A stretch of 64,000 nt of DNA from Raillietiella orientalis (taxonomy: Eukaryota). The translations under genes were made by a program, and so were the position numbers. Location of the stretch: contig JAYWIR010000128.1 of the NCBI GenBank assembly GCA_036172245.1, forward strand, positions 1 through 64,000. Direction: 5' to 3'. Shown here piece by piece: positions 13,001 through 24,729 of this stretch. How positions within the stretch are numbered: position 1 is the stretch's first letter; each line of letters opens with the position of its first letter. Under the pieces are notes generated by a model. The model had not been told where the DNA came from and made no database searches. It saw nothing but the letters and a program-made list of their open reading frames with translations.

Positions 13001-14530
13001 CAAAACTCGCGAACCGATATTTTAAGATGGTTCCAGTCGGCGAGTTCCCGGATGGCAAAGCCGCGAAGGAACTGGCGAAGATGCTCCGCCGCTTCCGGGT
13101 GACTCAGCCAAACCGCCGGCATCCTCCAAACATTGTTTGGAGGTCCCTTGTTCGGCGGAAGTAGCTCGAACTCCAGCCTATCATGGTCCGATAACGTGGA
13201 CGGCACCCTGCCTCTCCTTCGCACTCGCGAGAGTAGGTGTTCATCGAGGAAGTGGTGATCCACGCACCTCTCTATTCCAGGATCCCCGGCTTCCAAGTTA
13301 CGTGCGTGCAGCGACGCGCATGCCTCTTCCACCCGCGATTTTCCGCCAGGGACCTCGTCTCGTTGGAAAGCAGGTGGACGTTAAAGTCCCCTGCGACGAG
13401 ATGCGCCACTCTGGCTCCGGAGTTTCTGAGCCATTGGCTCTCCAGCACGTCGGAGAACTAGATTCCTTCGACATGCCGATGAAAGCCGCTCGACGCGTAC
13501 ACGTTCGTTACGACGAGATCGATTGAATCTGACCACTTGAGTACAAAGTTGCCCATTCGCTCTTCTTGGTCGAATCGAACGCTGCTTGCCGCTGCCGATA
13601 TCCTACTATTGACGAGAAAACCAAATCCGCACGATTGTGCAGAACCTTTTCGCCAGTACAGGGTGCCACCCGCGCGCTGTTCGATTTCGGCAACCTCCGC
13701 ATCGGAGATGTAATGCATCTCCTGAATGATGGCCAAATCGAAATGTCGCAGGGTATCTGACACGTCGCTCCTCTTTCCGTCCCTGCGCAGCCCATTGACG
13801 TTCCAACAGGCCACGCTGAATCGACGAAAAAAGGCTACTTCCTGCATTAAGGCTGGGAAGGTGAGCACAGATTTCTCGTCTTGTCCGGCGAGTGGTCACG
13901 AGACAGAGCGGTCGATCTCGGAGACTGAACATCTCCATTCTAAGCCGCACTGCTTGTTGCCGGTAGCTCAGAGGTGAGGTCCTTTTCCTCCTCTTTGCTC
14001 CCCAACAACAGTTGCTCCTCGGCAACCACACGCTTGCGGGTTTCCGGGAGGCGCTTGCGCGGTTTCGGGCGGTTGTCGCGCTGTGTGCTCTTCCTGTCGG
14101 ACTCTGGATCAGAATCCGACAGTCGAGGGCTTGCCAGGCGCTGCAGCTGTTTCCGGGAATTAGGGAAATCGTTTGCTGCCTGTTTTGTAGCGCTTTTTGA
14201 AACTGCGGCTGGGACTTTCGTCCTTTTAGCCGCAGCAGCAGCTTCCCGCTCCAGCCGCGAGAGGACGACTGCGCAGGAGGAAAGAATCGCAATCTTTTTC
14301 TGGGAAGGTATCGCGGATTTCTTTCGCCCACTCACCTTCACACAGAGCTGCGAAGACCTTGATGGTTTCTTTCTAATGATCTTTCTCACCTGCATCCAGC
14401 CGTCTTCCTTCTCGTCGCAGTTATCTTTGCCATCCTGAAATGGCGTTGCTTCCACGGATGTAAGAGCCGTTGCCTTGGCTTCATCTTGGAGTGCTGCCCC
14501 GCGCAGGCGTAAGCAACTCCCTAAGCGATC
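10016..14530 (-). mobile_element. LINE subfamily B, 3' part (ORF2 + ORF1 C-terminus) of a full-length copy that continues at 20230-21700
   Basis: EN (VACWNVNG, QEMH, NVYA, GDFN, LSDH), RT (NWRPITL, AYADDL) and 3' hairpin 10021-10035. Confidence 0.9.
10258..13847 (-). pseudogene. ORF2 (APE endonuclease / reverse transcriptase) of B element, fragmented
   Basis: ORF pieces 13458-13868, 12379-13332, 11587-11910 and 11123-11596 carry the EN and RT motifs in order. ATG lies in the TAATG overlap at 13845-13849. Confidence 0.85.
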
Positions 14531-14680
14531 GCGAGAGCCTTGCGCACGGGCAATATCGCCGCCGCTGAACGAAAGGGAGGCGTGATTATTGCTAGTTTAA
14601 AACTATACCCAATACCCCGCCAAGGCAGTGTTTAAAACCACTGCCAAGGCAATTTTTGAGTGCCCTGAGGAGGCAAGTGT

Positions 14681-16339
14681 TTGAGTGAACGCCAGTGTGG
14701 AAAGAGTGCAACCGGAACCATCAGCAGCAGCAGCAGCAGCGCCGAGAAGTCCACGGTGGAAGTCCTGCAGTCGTCCCGAGCAGCCGCAACAGCTGCCAGG
14801 ATGCAGGCATCTGGGGTTGGAGGAGTGGTGAGGCCATCGTCCCCCATGGAAGCCATGGAGGTAACGTGCGGCAACGGCGAGGTGGCGGCAGGCATGCCGA
14901 GGATCGCGCCCGCGGCGGACCTTGCTGCGCCGGCGGCGACGATGCCATGGGTAGTGTTCGCAGCGGCGACGCCGAGGATCGTGCCCGCGGCGGGGAAGGT
15001 CGCGCCTGCGGCGGCGATGCCGAAGGTGCCGCACGCGGCGGTAACGGCGGCAACGTCGAGGTTTGCGCCCGCTGCGGCGGCTTCCCAGGCGAGACCCGCG
15101 GGCGTCCACGCGGTGCAGGGAGCGACGCCATCTTGTTCGGCTGCGGCGTCCCAGCCCTATTCTTATGCGTCGGTGGCGGCTCGACAGGCGAGTGTCAATC
15201 CACCTAGGAAATTTGGTAAGCCGCTTAGCAGAAAAGTTCTAAAAGTGGACCGACCAATAATCCAAATAGGCACCAACGTGAAGCCCATTATCTTCAAGAC
15301 CGGGCTAATAAAATTTAAGAACATCAGGGAGGTCTACTTGTCCCTCGACAAGACGGACATAGACTTTGATCGCATTCAGGCGATCATTCCATCGAACAAC
15401 CGGTTCACAGTCTTTACAGACTGTGAAAACATTAGAGAGCGATTGATCCAGAAGGGGATCAATATACAAGGACGGATGGTTTGTGGTATTGGCGAGATGC
15501 CATACACAAACGTCTTTTTAAATGGCATCTCCATCCTCACACCGCAACTAGCGGTGTGGAATCACTTGGAGCAGTTTGAGGAAGCTCTGGACCTTGATTT
15601 CCAGAACTTCTCTGGAAACATATTTTCTGGCGACATGATCGCCAAGATGAAGTTGAGGGAGGGAGCGGTGATCCCTGGATTGGCCGTTATTGACGAACAA
15701 TCCCAGGGAGTGAATGTGCGTTACCGGCAACAACCGGTATTCTGCAACGGGTGCAAGCAGTTCGGCAACAGGGCCGGCGCTTGCCCAACTTGCCGCTGCT
15801 TTCGCTGCGGCAAAGTAGGACATCAAGTCCGAAACTGCCCGCAGCCGGAGGTGTGCTCCTTCTGCAAGAAACACGGACATGCGAAATGGAGCTGTCCGGA
15901 GTTTGAAAACTGCAGAAGGATTCGAGGTCTCTCTCCCGGGAGAGAGAGTAACATCAAGGAGGCCGAACAGCCTCAGAAAGCAGGAAAGCCGAAGAAGCTG
16001 AAAGAAGCCGTCCCGGTGTCGGCAAACGGCTTCATAGAAGTGGGAAAGAAGGGAAAGAGGAGGATGCTCGTCAAGGAGCAAGGAACTCCTCATATCCTGG
16101 AAGCAGCAGAGCAGGAAGGCGAGAAGATGGACGTAGCGCAGGAAGGCCGGAAGGAAGAGAGACAGGAAGCCACTAAAGTGTCGCAGGAGGCTCTGCAGAC
16201 CACGGAGGAGTTGACAACACTGGCGGAGGAGATCATGGAGATGCAGAGCGGTCCTCAGCAAGAGAAAATCTTGCAGAAGATCTGCACTGCACAAGAGAAC
16301 ATCAACCAGGTTGTGGAGGTAGCTGAACGCGAGAAGTAA
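14681..16339 (+). CDS. ORF1 (gag-like nucleic-acid-binding protein) of H element: Ala/Pro-rich N-terminus, RRM-like core, 3 CCHC-type zinc knuckles, coiled coil
   Basis: 552-aa ORF with CNGCKQFGNRAGAC, CFRCGKVGHQVRNC and CSFCKKHGHAKWSC. The same frame continues to 16564, so the TAA at 16337 may be premature. Start codon uncertain. Confidence 0.8.
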   Translation: MSERQCGKSATGTISSSSSSAEKSTVEVLQSSRAAATAARMQASGVGGVVRPSSPMEAMEVTCGNGEVAAGMPRIAPAADLAAPAATMPWVVFAAATPRIVPAAGKVAPAAAMPKVPHAAVTAATSRFAPAAAASQARPAGVHAVQGATPSCSAAASQPYSYASVAARQASVNPPRKFGKPLSRKVLKVDRPIIQIGTNVKPIIFKTGLIKFKNIREVYLSLDKTDIDFDRIQAIIPSNNRFTVFTDCENIRERLIQKGINIQGRMVCGIGEMPYTNVFLNGISILTPQLAVWNHLEQFEEALDLDFQNFSGNIFSGDMIAKMKLREGAVIPGLAVIDEQSQGVNVRYRQQPVFCNGCKQFGNRAGACPTCRCFRCGKVGHQVRNCPQPEVCSFCKKHGHAKWSCPEFENCRRIRGLSPGRESNIKEAEQPQKAGKPKKLKEAVPVSANGFIEVGKKGKRRMLVKEQGTPHILEAAEQEGEKMDVAQEGRKEERQEATKVSQEALQTTEELTTLAEEIMEMQSGPQQEKILQKICTAQENINQVVEVAEREK

Positions 16340-16599
16340 AAGGAACAGCATCGCGACGTGAAGGCGAACTTCTGCACCAAGGTCGAGATAGAGGCGCTAT
16401 CTCGAAAATTGATCGCGCGGGCAAAACACTTTACGGAGGAGGTGGAAATTACCGACCTCACAGGTACGGAGAGTGACGCCGGCAGCAAAAAGCCCGCTGC
16501 TTCTTCGACGTCTGGAAGAGCACGCTCTCCCAGACAGAAGAAGCTAAGGAAGGCCAAGAAATAGGTCTTCCCCTTTTACGACCTCTTCCCTATCGACCG

Positions 16600-19500
16600 C
16601 CAGGAGGCTGAACATCCCCTTCTGGAACGAAAGCGCTGTGGTCGACCAGGGAAAAAGAAGAAGGATTGTGCGGACCATCGCACAACAAGACATCGTGTGC
16701 CTGCAGGAGACCCACTGGATGGGTCTCGAGATCAGCCAGCGAAGGAAACGGCGATTCAACAAGCAGATGTTCGTCAGCGAAGGAGAACGGAACACGAAGG
16801 GTGTGGCGGTGATAATAAAGAATTACTTAGCCCCCCCAATATTCTAGAAGTTTTCTCTGCTCAACCCGGACGAACCATCGGCGTGCGACTAGCCTGGTCC
16901 GCAACTGTTCACCTTATCCTGGGGAACGTGTACGGGCCGCACAGGCTAAAACATCGTTGTGCGGAGGCGCCGCATGCAGCACTCCGGCAAAAGGTCCCCT
17001 CTAAAGGCGTCGTAATTGTTGCTGGCGATCTCAACATCTTGGATGAGATCATTCATTCAGAAGACGTCAGAGGAAGGACAGCGTATCGACGGCTATCCGA
17101 CGAGTTCGGACCGGTCTGGCGTACAGCAAGTCACAAGTCGATCGATCACGTCCTGTACAGTTCCGAACTTGGGAACCGCATCCAGTGGTTTTGCGACACT
17201 ATGACTACGATGTCCGATCACCCCCTGGTGCGGTTTTTCCTAAGAACGGAGAATCCTTGGCGGAGGCAAGGCACCAGGGCGGCGCTCTTCAGCATGCCCG
17301 CCTGGTGCGAAACCCATCATGGACATCAGGCTGTCCTGGAGACGATTCTGAAGGCAACAACAATCCGAAGTCGCCGACTGGGACAGCCTGCAACACAGGA
17401 TACACCTGTTTGCGAACATGCAGTTCGGCGATAGGCGCTTGAGGCACGAGGCTTACCGGGAGCTGAACATCCAAGATCGCTCCGTCTCAAAGTACTTCGA
17501 TCAGTACGAGAGTAGGTACGTCCTCAATAGCATAAAAGGGGAAGTCGGCGTGCTGGAGAAGAGAAATCTGGCAACAGATATCTTCTGCATCCATTACGAC
17601 GGCCAAAAGCCGCAGTCGTCTGAGGACATCGTGGATGCCTTTCACAGGCAATATACGAAACACTTCAGGCGACAACATCTGTGTCGCTCTAGTCAACAGG
17701 CCTTCTTGAGCTGTCTCGAGAAGAGGACCGACGACCTCCAACGGAACAGACTGGAGGAGGAGTTCTCCGAAGAAGAGGTGAAGACTGCGTTTGGGCAACT
17801 TCGCAAGGACGTGGCAGCGCGCCCTGACAGTGTACCCATCACGCACTATCAGCGGTACCTGCACGCCTACCTGCGCTTGTTCCACCAGTTAATCCTCTGC
17901 ATCCAAGAAGAAGGTAGACTACCTCAGTCCTACGAGATTCGGATGAGATTGTTGCCAAAAGAAGCCGACCTCACGCAGGTCGCTCAATGGAAGCCAATCT
18001 CGATCCTGAACTCCGATGCCAAGTGGATGGCGAAGATCTGGTTCAACCGCTTAGGCAAGGTCATGTCGATGCTGATCTCTCCGGTGCAGACATGTGCAAT
18101 CTCAGGAGGACACATGTCGGACAATGTCAAGTGTGCCCAGGCCACTGTTGGACTCAGTCGATACGTCGGCGAGAAACTGGTGCTGGTGTTCACTGACATG
18201 GAGAAGGCTTTCGACTCCATCGACCACGGGATGCTCCTGAAGGTTCTGGAGAAGCTAGGGCTTCCGGAACACTTCAGCAACTTCGTGAGGATGGTACTCC
18301 AGAACCAGTACTGCCAAATCAAGATCAACGGCCAGGAGGCGGCAGCAATCAGGATGGAACAAGTAGTCCGAAAGGGCGACTCGCTATGTCCGATGCTGTT
18401 CGTCATCTATATGGAGGAGTTGTCGTCCTATATCGAGAAGAGCGGACGACTGAGCGGGATTACCAATGATGGCCAGCGTCTTATCCATCTGGCATACGCC
18501 GATGATCTACTCTTCTTCATCAAGAAAGACAAAAATCAGCGTGCGTTTCTGGATGTGGTGGACCTGATGGAACAGGGCTTGGGCTTAAAAATCAATTCCC
18601 AGAAGAGCCAGCTTTTGCCCGTCGGAATCCTGAATCTCTCCACACTAACGGGTAGTGGATTCCGTACGGTGGACACGGCCAAGTACCTGAGAGTCTACAT
18701 CGGAGACGACTCTGCGTCGAAGCTGCTGTGGAAGGAAATACTGGGGAAAACGGCCAAGGAAGCAGCCAAGTACACCCGAACGGACCTTGGGATGAAGCAT
18801 AAAGCCAACATATGGAACGGAGTACTCCTTCCGAAAGTGCTCTTCGGGGCGGCCTTCGCGAGGATGAACAAGGACACTACTAGGGAGTTCGACAAGCTGC
18901 AAAGAAAAACACTCTGGGGCCACTATCGCCCAAGAGTAAGACTGAAACCCCTGTGTCGTCACCAGGGAAGAAGGCGGTTCCGGGATGAAGTCGCTTGCAC
19001 ATTCCATGGAAATCATGGATACGCGACACATCCTGGACATTGCCACTTACTGGGATGATTGGCTGTATGCGGCGCACAGCGCCGACGCGTTGTTGCTTAA
19101 CAACTCGAAAGGCCTGATGACTGCGCTGCTAGGCAAAATAGGGGAATGGATAACAATCGACCCGACCTGGAAGAGGAAGGAACGGCTGGTGCGGAAGCAC
19201 CAAATCAAGATCGTGCCGCGAAGCAGGGAACTACGGCAGGACGAGTCCATTCTAGTGATCCCTTGGATGCTTCGTGGGCCGCCGGACACGAGAAGCTGGA
19301 TCTACCAGCGGTTCAGAGTTACCCTACTGGAAATCCAGGAGTGGAGGCGAGGAAGCTACCTACATCAAACTCGTATACTTCGGTATACAGAGATGATGTT
19401 AGGAAGGTTTACCCACAGGACCCGCGAAGTGTGGTTCAACCACAACGACTTCGCATGGTCGAGGGTAACCAGAACAAACCTCCGAAGGCTTATCTAAGAA

Positions 19501-20154
19501 AACGACCGTGACATCAGTGCCCTCCAGGAAGCCACCGAACGCTACGGGAGTAAACGGTTCAACCTGTTAGCGATCGGCACGACGCTCTAAAGGAGTGACC
19601 TTCCGCCGGGCACCCAGGACGACCTCCTGATGTTTTATCACGGAGGAATCCAGAGTGGGTCCCGATTGCAGCACTTCACAGGAAGACGGGAAGACCGAGA
19701 CTGCGCAGCATGTGGAGACGACGACACGAGACTTCACGTCTTGACGTGTCCCACACTGCTGTATGACTGGCTGATCCTGAAAAGGATCAAAGGACTTACC
19801 AACAAATGCGTTATGGAGATCCTCGCCGGAATGTTCCATGGGGATGGTAATGTTCGCTGTTACAATCCCATGGTGAGGACGACCATAGCCCTCCTCATCA
19901 CCGCCATACTTGTGCGGTGGTGGAAAATGAGGAAAGCCAGGAGAGCCGCACCACTGATGGAGATCCTACAAGAGCTCTTGAAGAGGGAAATCGGCATCAG
20001 GAACTGCGGGAAGATCCACGCCTGGACGTACCGATTCATCCTGAAGAGTTTCCAGGACGACGCCCGGGACCATCCAGCTGGAATTCCCCCCTTGAAAAGC
20101 AGAACTCTAGTGCAACTCAAGGACCCCAAAGTGCAAAATGTGTGTATTGAGTGA
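16600..20154 (+). pseudogene. ORF2 (EN-RT-zinc finger) of H element, frameshifted
   Basis: Motifs CLQETH, GVAVII, NVYGP, AGDLN, IDH, SDH; KPISILNSD, DMEKAFD, KGDSLCPMLF, AYADDL; CAACG...HVLTC. Frameshifts near 16830, 17370-17420 and 18960; stops at ~19495 and 19588. Confidence 0.9.
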
Positions 20155-20229
20155 ATGAGAGTGAGAATGTAAATATTGTATTTTTATAGAAAAATAAACT
20201 TACCCCACCCCTTGTGGGACTTGGGGAAA

Positions 20230-21700
20230 CTTAGCGATCAGGAGAAGCGCTGCCTCTTGCAGATCTTAGGGTTCGCGCGTTGCCTTTGCGACCGCTGGGG
20301 GCACTGCTGCAGCGGTTTTGCTCTCCCTAGCAGTTTCTTCCTTGGCCGCAGTAGGCGCTGCGTACGCGCGAAAGGACTGCGGGTTTGCCGGCTGTTTCTT
20401 CGCGGCACTCGGCGCTTGGTGCACATTGGCCGCGGTAGCTTCAGACGACGCAGAGTTCTTTGTTCGCGTGCGAGTTTTTCTTGTATCAGGCGAACGACCG
20501 CAATCCGCGCCGCTCCTCGAGGCCTTGGAACGAGGCTTCGCGGTCGTGATGCCGACAGCAGGAGGCTTTTCGTCCTTCGGCACGATGTCTCCTGCTTTCA
20601 ACAATTGGCTGCGAGGTCTCGTAGAAAGGTCGCATTCTTCGCGAGCTTCCTTCGGGTCGATAGCCAAAGGGTTTCCCGCGACGAGGTTTTTTTTGTTTTC
20701 ACCCCTTTTTTGTAGTGGTGAGAAACGGTTTTCTCCACGTTCGTGGTCGCGGTTGTCGCAACGCTTTTCGAAGCTTTGATCTTTCTTTCCCTCGATTCGC
20801 GGTGATTATTCCGCGATGCATACGCGATTCGTTCCTGCGCTTCTCGTTTTTTAAAAGGAGCTCGGGGCACGTTCCTTTAGTGTGCCCGTGCTCGTGGCAG
20901 TTACGGCAAGCGGCCAAGAGACACTACGTAATGCGGTGACCCTCCTGCCCGCATTCCGCGCATACACGCGTTTTCCCGGCAAACCACAGACAGACGGTCA
21001 TTCCATCCACCTGCAGTCGCTTGGGCATTGCACGGCGATCCGTCATCGTCTCTCGCACTTGCGCGAGCCCGCTGTGGTGGTCTTCGAACCCTTCAGCAGG
21101 GTTTGGCAGCCTCCAAAGCGCTTGGACGGTGGCGAATTTTTCAAGGGCCTCTACGACCTGGCAGTCCGAAAGGCCCTTACACACTTCACTCAGATGGGCA
21201 ACGAACGAATGGTCCGTTGTGGCAGGGAGTATTTCATGCCCACGAATAAGCAGCGGCGTGTGCAACAAACGCTTGCTGGACACCTCCCAGTAGCCGCAGT
21301 TACTCATGGGCATGACGGACTCCAGTTGGCCTTTTTGAACTCCAATCCGTTGAAGTTCCTGGCCAGACTCGCGCCCAACACGCTCAGGCATAAGAACACT
21401 TACCTTATGCCTGAGTGCAGGCGTGTAGCCATTTGCTACATACGCCTGAAGCTCATGGCTGTCGGGCGAAGGTCCCATGGTAGCCTCGAGGGCAGCGACA
21501 TGGGCGAATGTCCTCGCTGTCGACGAGGACAGAGGCTCCTTTCTAGCAGCAAAGAAGCCATCTCAGGAGCAGGTGGCGTTCCCTTCTTGCGGCTGATGTT
21601 GTTCTTTGCTCCCATTGCAGCGCAGAAGCACAGCAGAACAAAAACACACAAGAGCCAATCTTCCGCGAAGCGACGCAAAAGCACGTCCATACGCGACACA
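20230..21700 (-). mobile_element. LINE subfamily B, 5' part (5' UTR + ORF1 N-terminal half)
   Basis: ORF1 core with knuckles CAECGQEGH and CRNCHEHGHTKGTC. GGACGTG 5' motif at 21682-21688. TSD at 21701-21712. Confidence 0.9.
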
Positions 21701-23520
21701 CGCTGATGCGGTAGACGGGAGATGTTCCCGCGTCCTTCCACTCAGCAAAGGTGCGGCTTTTGCCGGAAGGCGGAAATTTGCGCTACCTTAACAACTGGTG
21801 TCCGATCACCTTGGTGAATTCGGACGTCAAGTTGTTCTCCAGGCTATGGGTCGCGCGCCTGGGGAGAATCGCAGAGTCCTTGGTAAGTCCGGAGCAGAAG
21901 TATGCTGTTCCGGGGCGGTCCATGGACGCGAATCTCTTCTTCGCACAAACTTAGGCGCTTACAGTTCAGCAGAGGCGTGGTCGGACTGCCTTCACAAGGC
22001 CCAGACTGCTCTGGGCCCGTTTCGAAGCGGCAAATTCCACCTGTGGTAATGGACCTTCGTGTGGAACATTTTCGTTGCCCTCCTCCTCCGTCCCCTTTTT
22101 TTTGTTTGTCCCCCTCCCTACTCGTCTAAGCGCCGGGCGCAACGCCTGTTGCGAAACGCCTTGTGGGGACCGGCGTGATCCTGAATTCGTCTCAAGGACT
22201 TGACGGCTCCTCGGCGGAATGCAGGATTGGGGATCCTGACACTGGAGCGGATTGGACTGCAAGTGCAGTTTCGCATGCTGGCCCTTGGGGGCCAGCTATC
22301 AACTACTACCTGGTGTGCCCCAGCGCGGTTGCTGCTGCGCCGCTGCACGGGTGGCGACCGACTACGTTCCTTGCACCTGCGCAGGGAGCGCGTCCAGAGA
22401 GGATTCGGCTTCCCCCTGAAGCAGCTCTCCTCGCTTCTAGGGAAGCATTCGTGAATATCATGCCGGCCGACGAACTTCAACGCCTGGAGGCAGAAAGCCT
22501 TAACGTCCTGGGCAGCGCAAATCGATGTGTCCCGTTTGCAACTTCGTTGCGCAAACATTTCCCCATACTGTCCAGTGAAGGAGGTGCTGAAAGACCAGGA
22601 CCAGTGGACACGCCTACTTGCTACGCCCCTCGCCGAATCACTGTCTGCACCGATGGTGCGAGACGACAGTGACCTACCGGCGAGGTGGAAGGTCGCTTGC
22701 GAAATCGCAATTGCATCCCGACTGCTGAGTGGCTGGAGGACTTGCGAGCTTACAGACGCTGCCAAGGCTCGCCTTCGTGCGAAGGGACTTCTCCGATGGA
22801 GCGAGCTCCTGGGAATGCCCATCAAAGAACTTGTGGTCCCTTCTGCGTGCTTGGACGCAACTGTGTTTCATCTTCGGTGGAAAGAGGACGCTTTTCTGCT
22901 GGTTCATTGGGGTTTGTTCTGTAACCAGCGCGCGCAACTGATTTCCGGGGGAGTTGCGTCCCCGAACTGTGCAAATTGCGGAGCAGTGGAATCGCTTCCG
23001 CATTTGCTGTTTGAATGGGGTGCCCTCCAGGAGTTGTGGCGGCGGCTGTCTTGAGCGCTCCTGCACCCCGGACACACCGCACTCGATTAAAATGCGCCGC
23101 TTCTTAACGCGTGGCGGTCTTTCTCTTGGAGCGGTTGTGGCAATCATCTGCTGCGTCCTTGCCATTGTCAGGGCCCGCCACGTATTCCAGATGCGAACGT
23201 TTCCATCTTCAGTTCCTGACACTTCAGCCGGCAACCTGCAAATGGCTGCCGAATGGCCGCACCTCGGTACAAAACTAAGGACGGAGATTGCCGGCATTAA
23301 GCGCCGGTTTTGAGAAAAGTAACGGCTATACTGCATACCCCAATCCCCATCCTCCCACCTTATTTATTTATTTATTGTCTGCTCTCCCTCCCGTTCCGAA
23401 CTCTCAATGTGCCCGCCCTGCGTGCCAGGTACCCTCCTATCGATCTTCTGTTCCCCTTGTTCATGAAACCATTCCTTAGATGATTTTATCAACAAACGTC
23501 CCGGCGCAACCGGGTAATAA
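21701..23520 (+). mobile_element. LINE subfamily A, part 3 (RT with internal deletion, zinc finger, 3' UTR)
   Basis: Colinear with 51873-54301 except for a ~630-bp deletion of the RT core at ~21950. 3' hairpin 23500-23514. Confidence 0.9.
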
Positions 23521-24714
23521 ACGACAACGCAGCATTCTTTTATCGGCTCGTTTGCTTGCAACTTTTGCTGGCAGTACGCGAGCTCTTTCTCTAGTTTCCT
23601 GTCCTTCTTACTCTTTTTGGCTGTTACCACCTGCCACTTAAGCTCCTGGCCGTTTTCCTCAAACTTTTCAGCGGTGTTCGCCGGGGTCTCGGTTGCTGCC
23701 TGGGCCTTAGGTGCGGGTGTCACAGCCTTCGAGGCAGCTTTCGCCGCCAGCCTTTTCTGTAGCAACCGGGCGAGCTTTTTGAGGTTTCTCTTCGAAACCA
23801 ACCAAACCGCTGCTTTTGGACACACCTTTCGCGTTTAGCCCCTTGTCCCGCAAACCTGGCACTGCCGATTGAAGCACCTCTTTTTGAGATGGCCCGACGT
23901 ATTGCAGAAGCCGCAGTATTGGGGTTTCCCCACATACCACAGGTCGACGGTTTATACGCCGACCACTAGTTTGTGGGGAAGAGTGCAAACCTCACGAACG
24001 GTGACGCGTGCAGCCGTGAGGCCGTGTTGGAGCCTCGTATAGTCCTCGAAAGGACTAGGCATCGACCACTGCGCGTGGACCGTGCCAAATGCTTCTAGTG
24101 CCGCGTGAACCTGTTCTTTACGCATTCGCGCGGTCACGCCTAATAGGTGGACCACCATGCTACGGTCCACCGTAATGGGGAGGAGCCTGCGCTTCTTCAT
24201 CACAACGGGGATTTTGAGCAGTCGTTGGGCCAGCTCTGGTTGTTTGCAGATGACCTCAACGTACTGACCCCCTCTGCGGATGGTCATAGCGCTGAGCTCT
24301 TCCTCTTGAACATTGAGAGCGCTCATCCCCTTCGAGAAGGCGCGCGCACTCTCTGAACAATAGAGATTGCCTACGTTGTAGAGCAATGAGGGGTTACAGC
24401 CCTCCTCCACGTAGGCACATAATTCCGCCGCGGCTGCAGACGATTGCGCCGACACAACGGCGCTCCACGCCGGCTGCAGCGGTGACCGATTCTGTGGGGG
24501 CGGATGCCCCCACCTCCATTGCCTCTGATGGAGATGCTGTTGCCGCTACCTGGCTCTCCATCGCCTCTGGGGGCGGAGTTGCCGCTGTATCCTGGCCATC
24601 CCTGGTGGTCGCGTCAAGCATCGCTGCCTAATCGACCACCGAACCACACGACGCTAGCACTAGAGGAGACTTCCTGGCACGCAGACCACCGAGAAAACAC
24701 GTCCGCCCTCAAGC
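23521..24714 (-). mobile_element. LINE subfamily D, 5' end + ORF1 up to the CCVVV site
   Basis: ORF1 23952-24455 is homologous to other D copies. GGACGTGTTTT motif at 24694-24704. Confidence 0.85.
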
Positions 24715-24729
24715 GCATAAGGCGTTCGA

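Larger units (their letters stand above)
14536..20229 (+). mobile_element. Full-length divergent Tx1-like LINE (subfamily H), ~5.7 kb, inserted in B ORF1
   Basis: ORF1 with CCHC knuckles, ORF2 EN-RT-ZnF, AATAAA 20193-20198. Candidate TSD CTAAGCGATC (14521) / CTTAGCGATC (20230). Confidence 0.9.

Noticed and set aside
14722..14739. (CAG)6 microsatellite
   Set aside because: Short tract inside the H 5' region, with no evidence that it is a target site.
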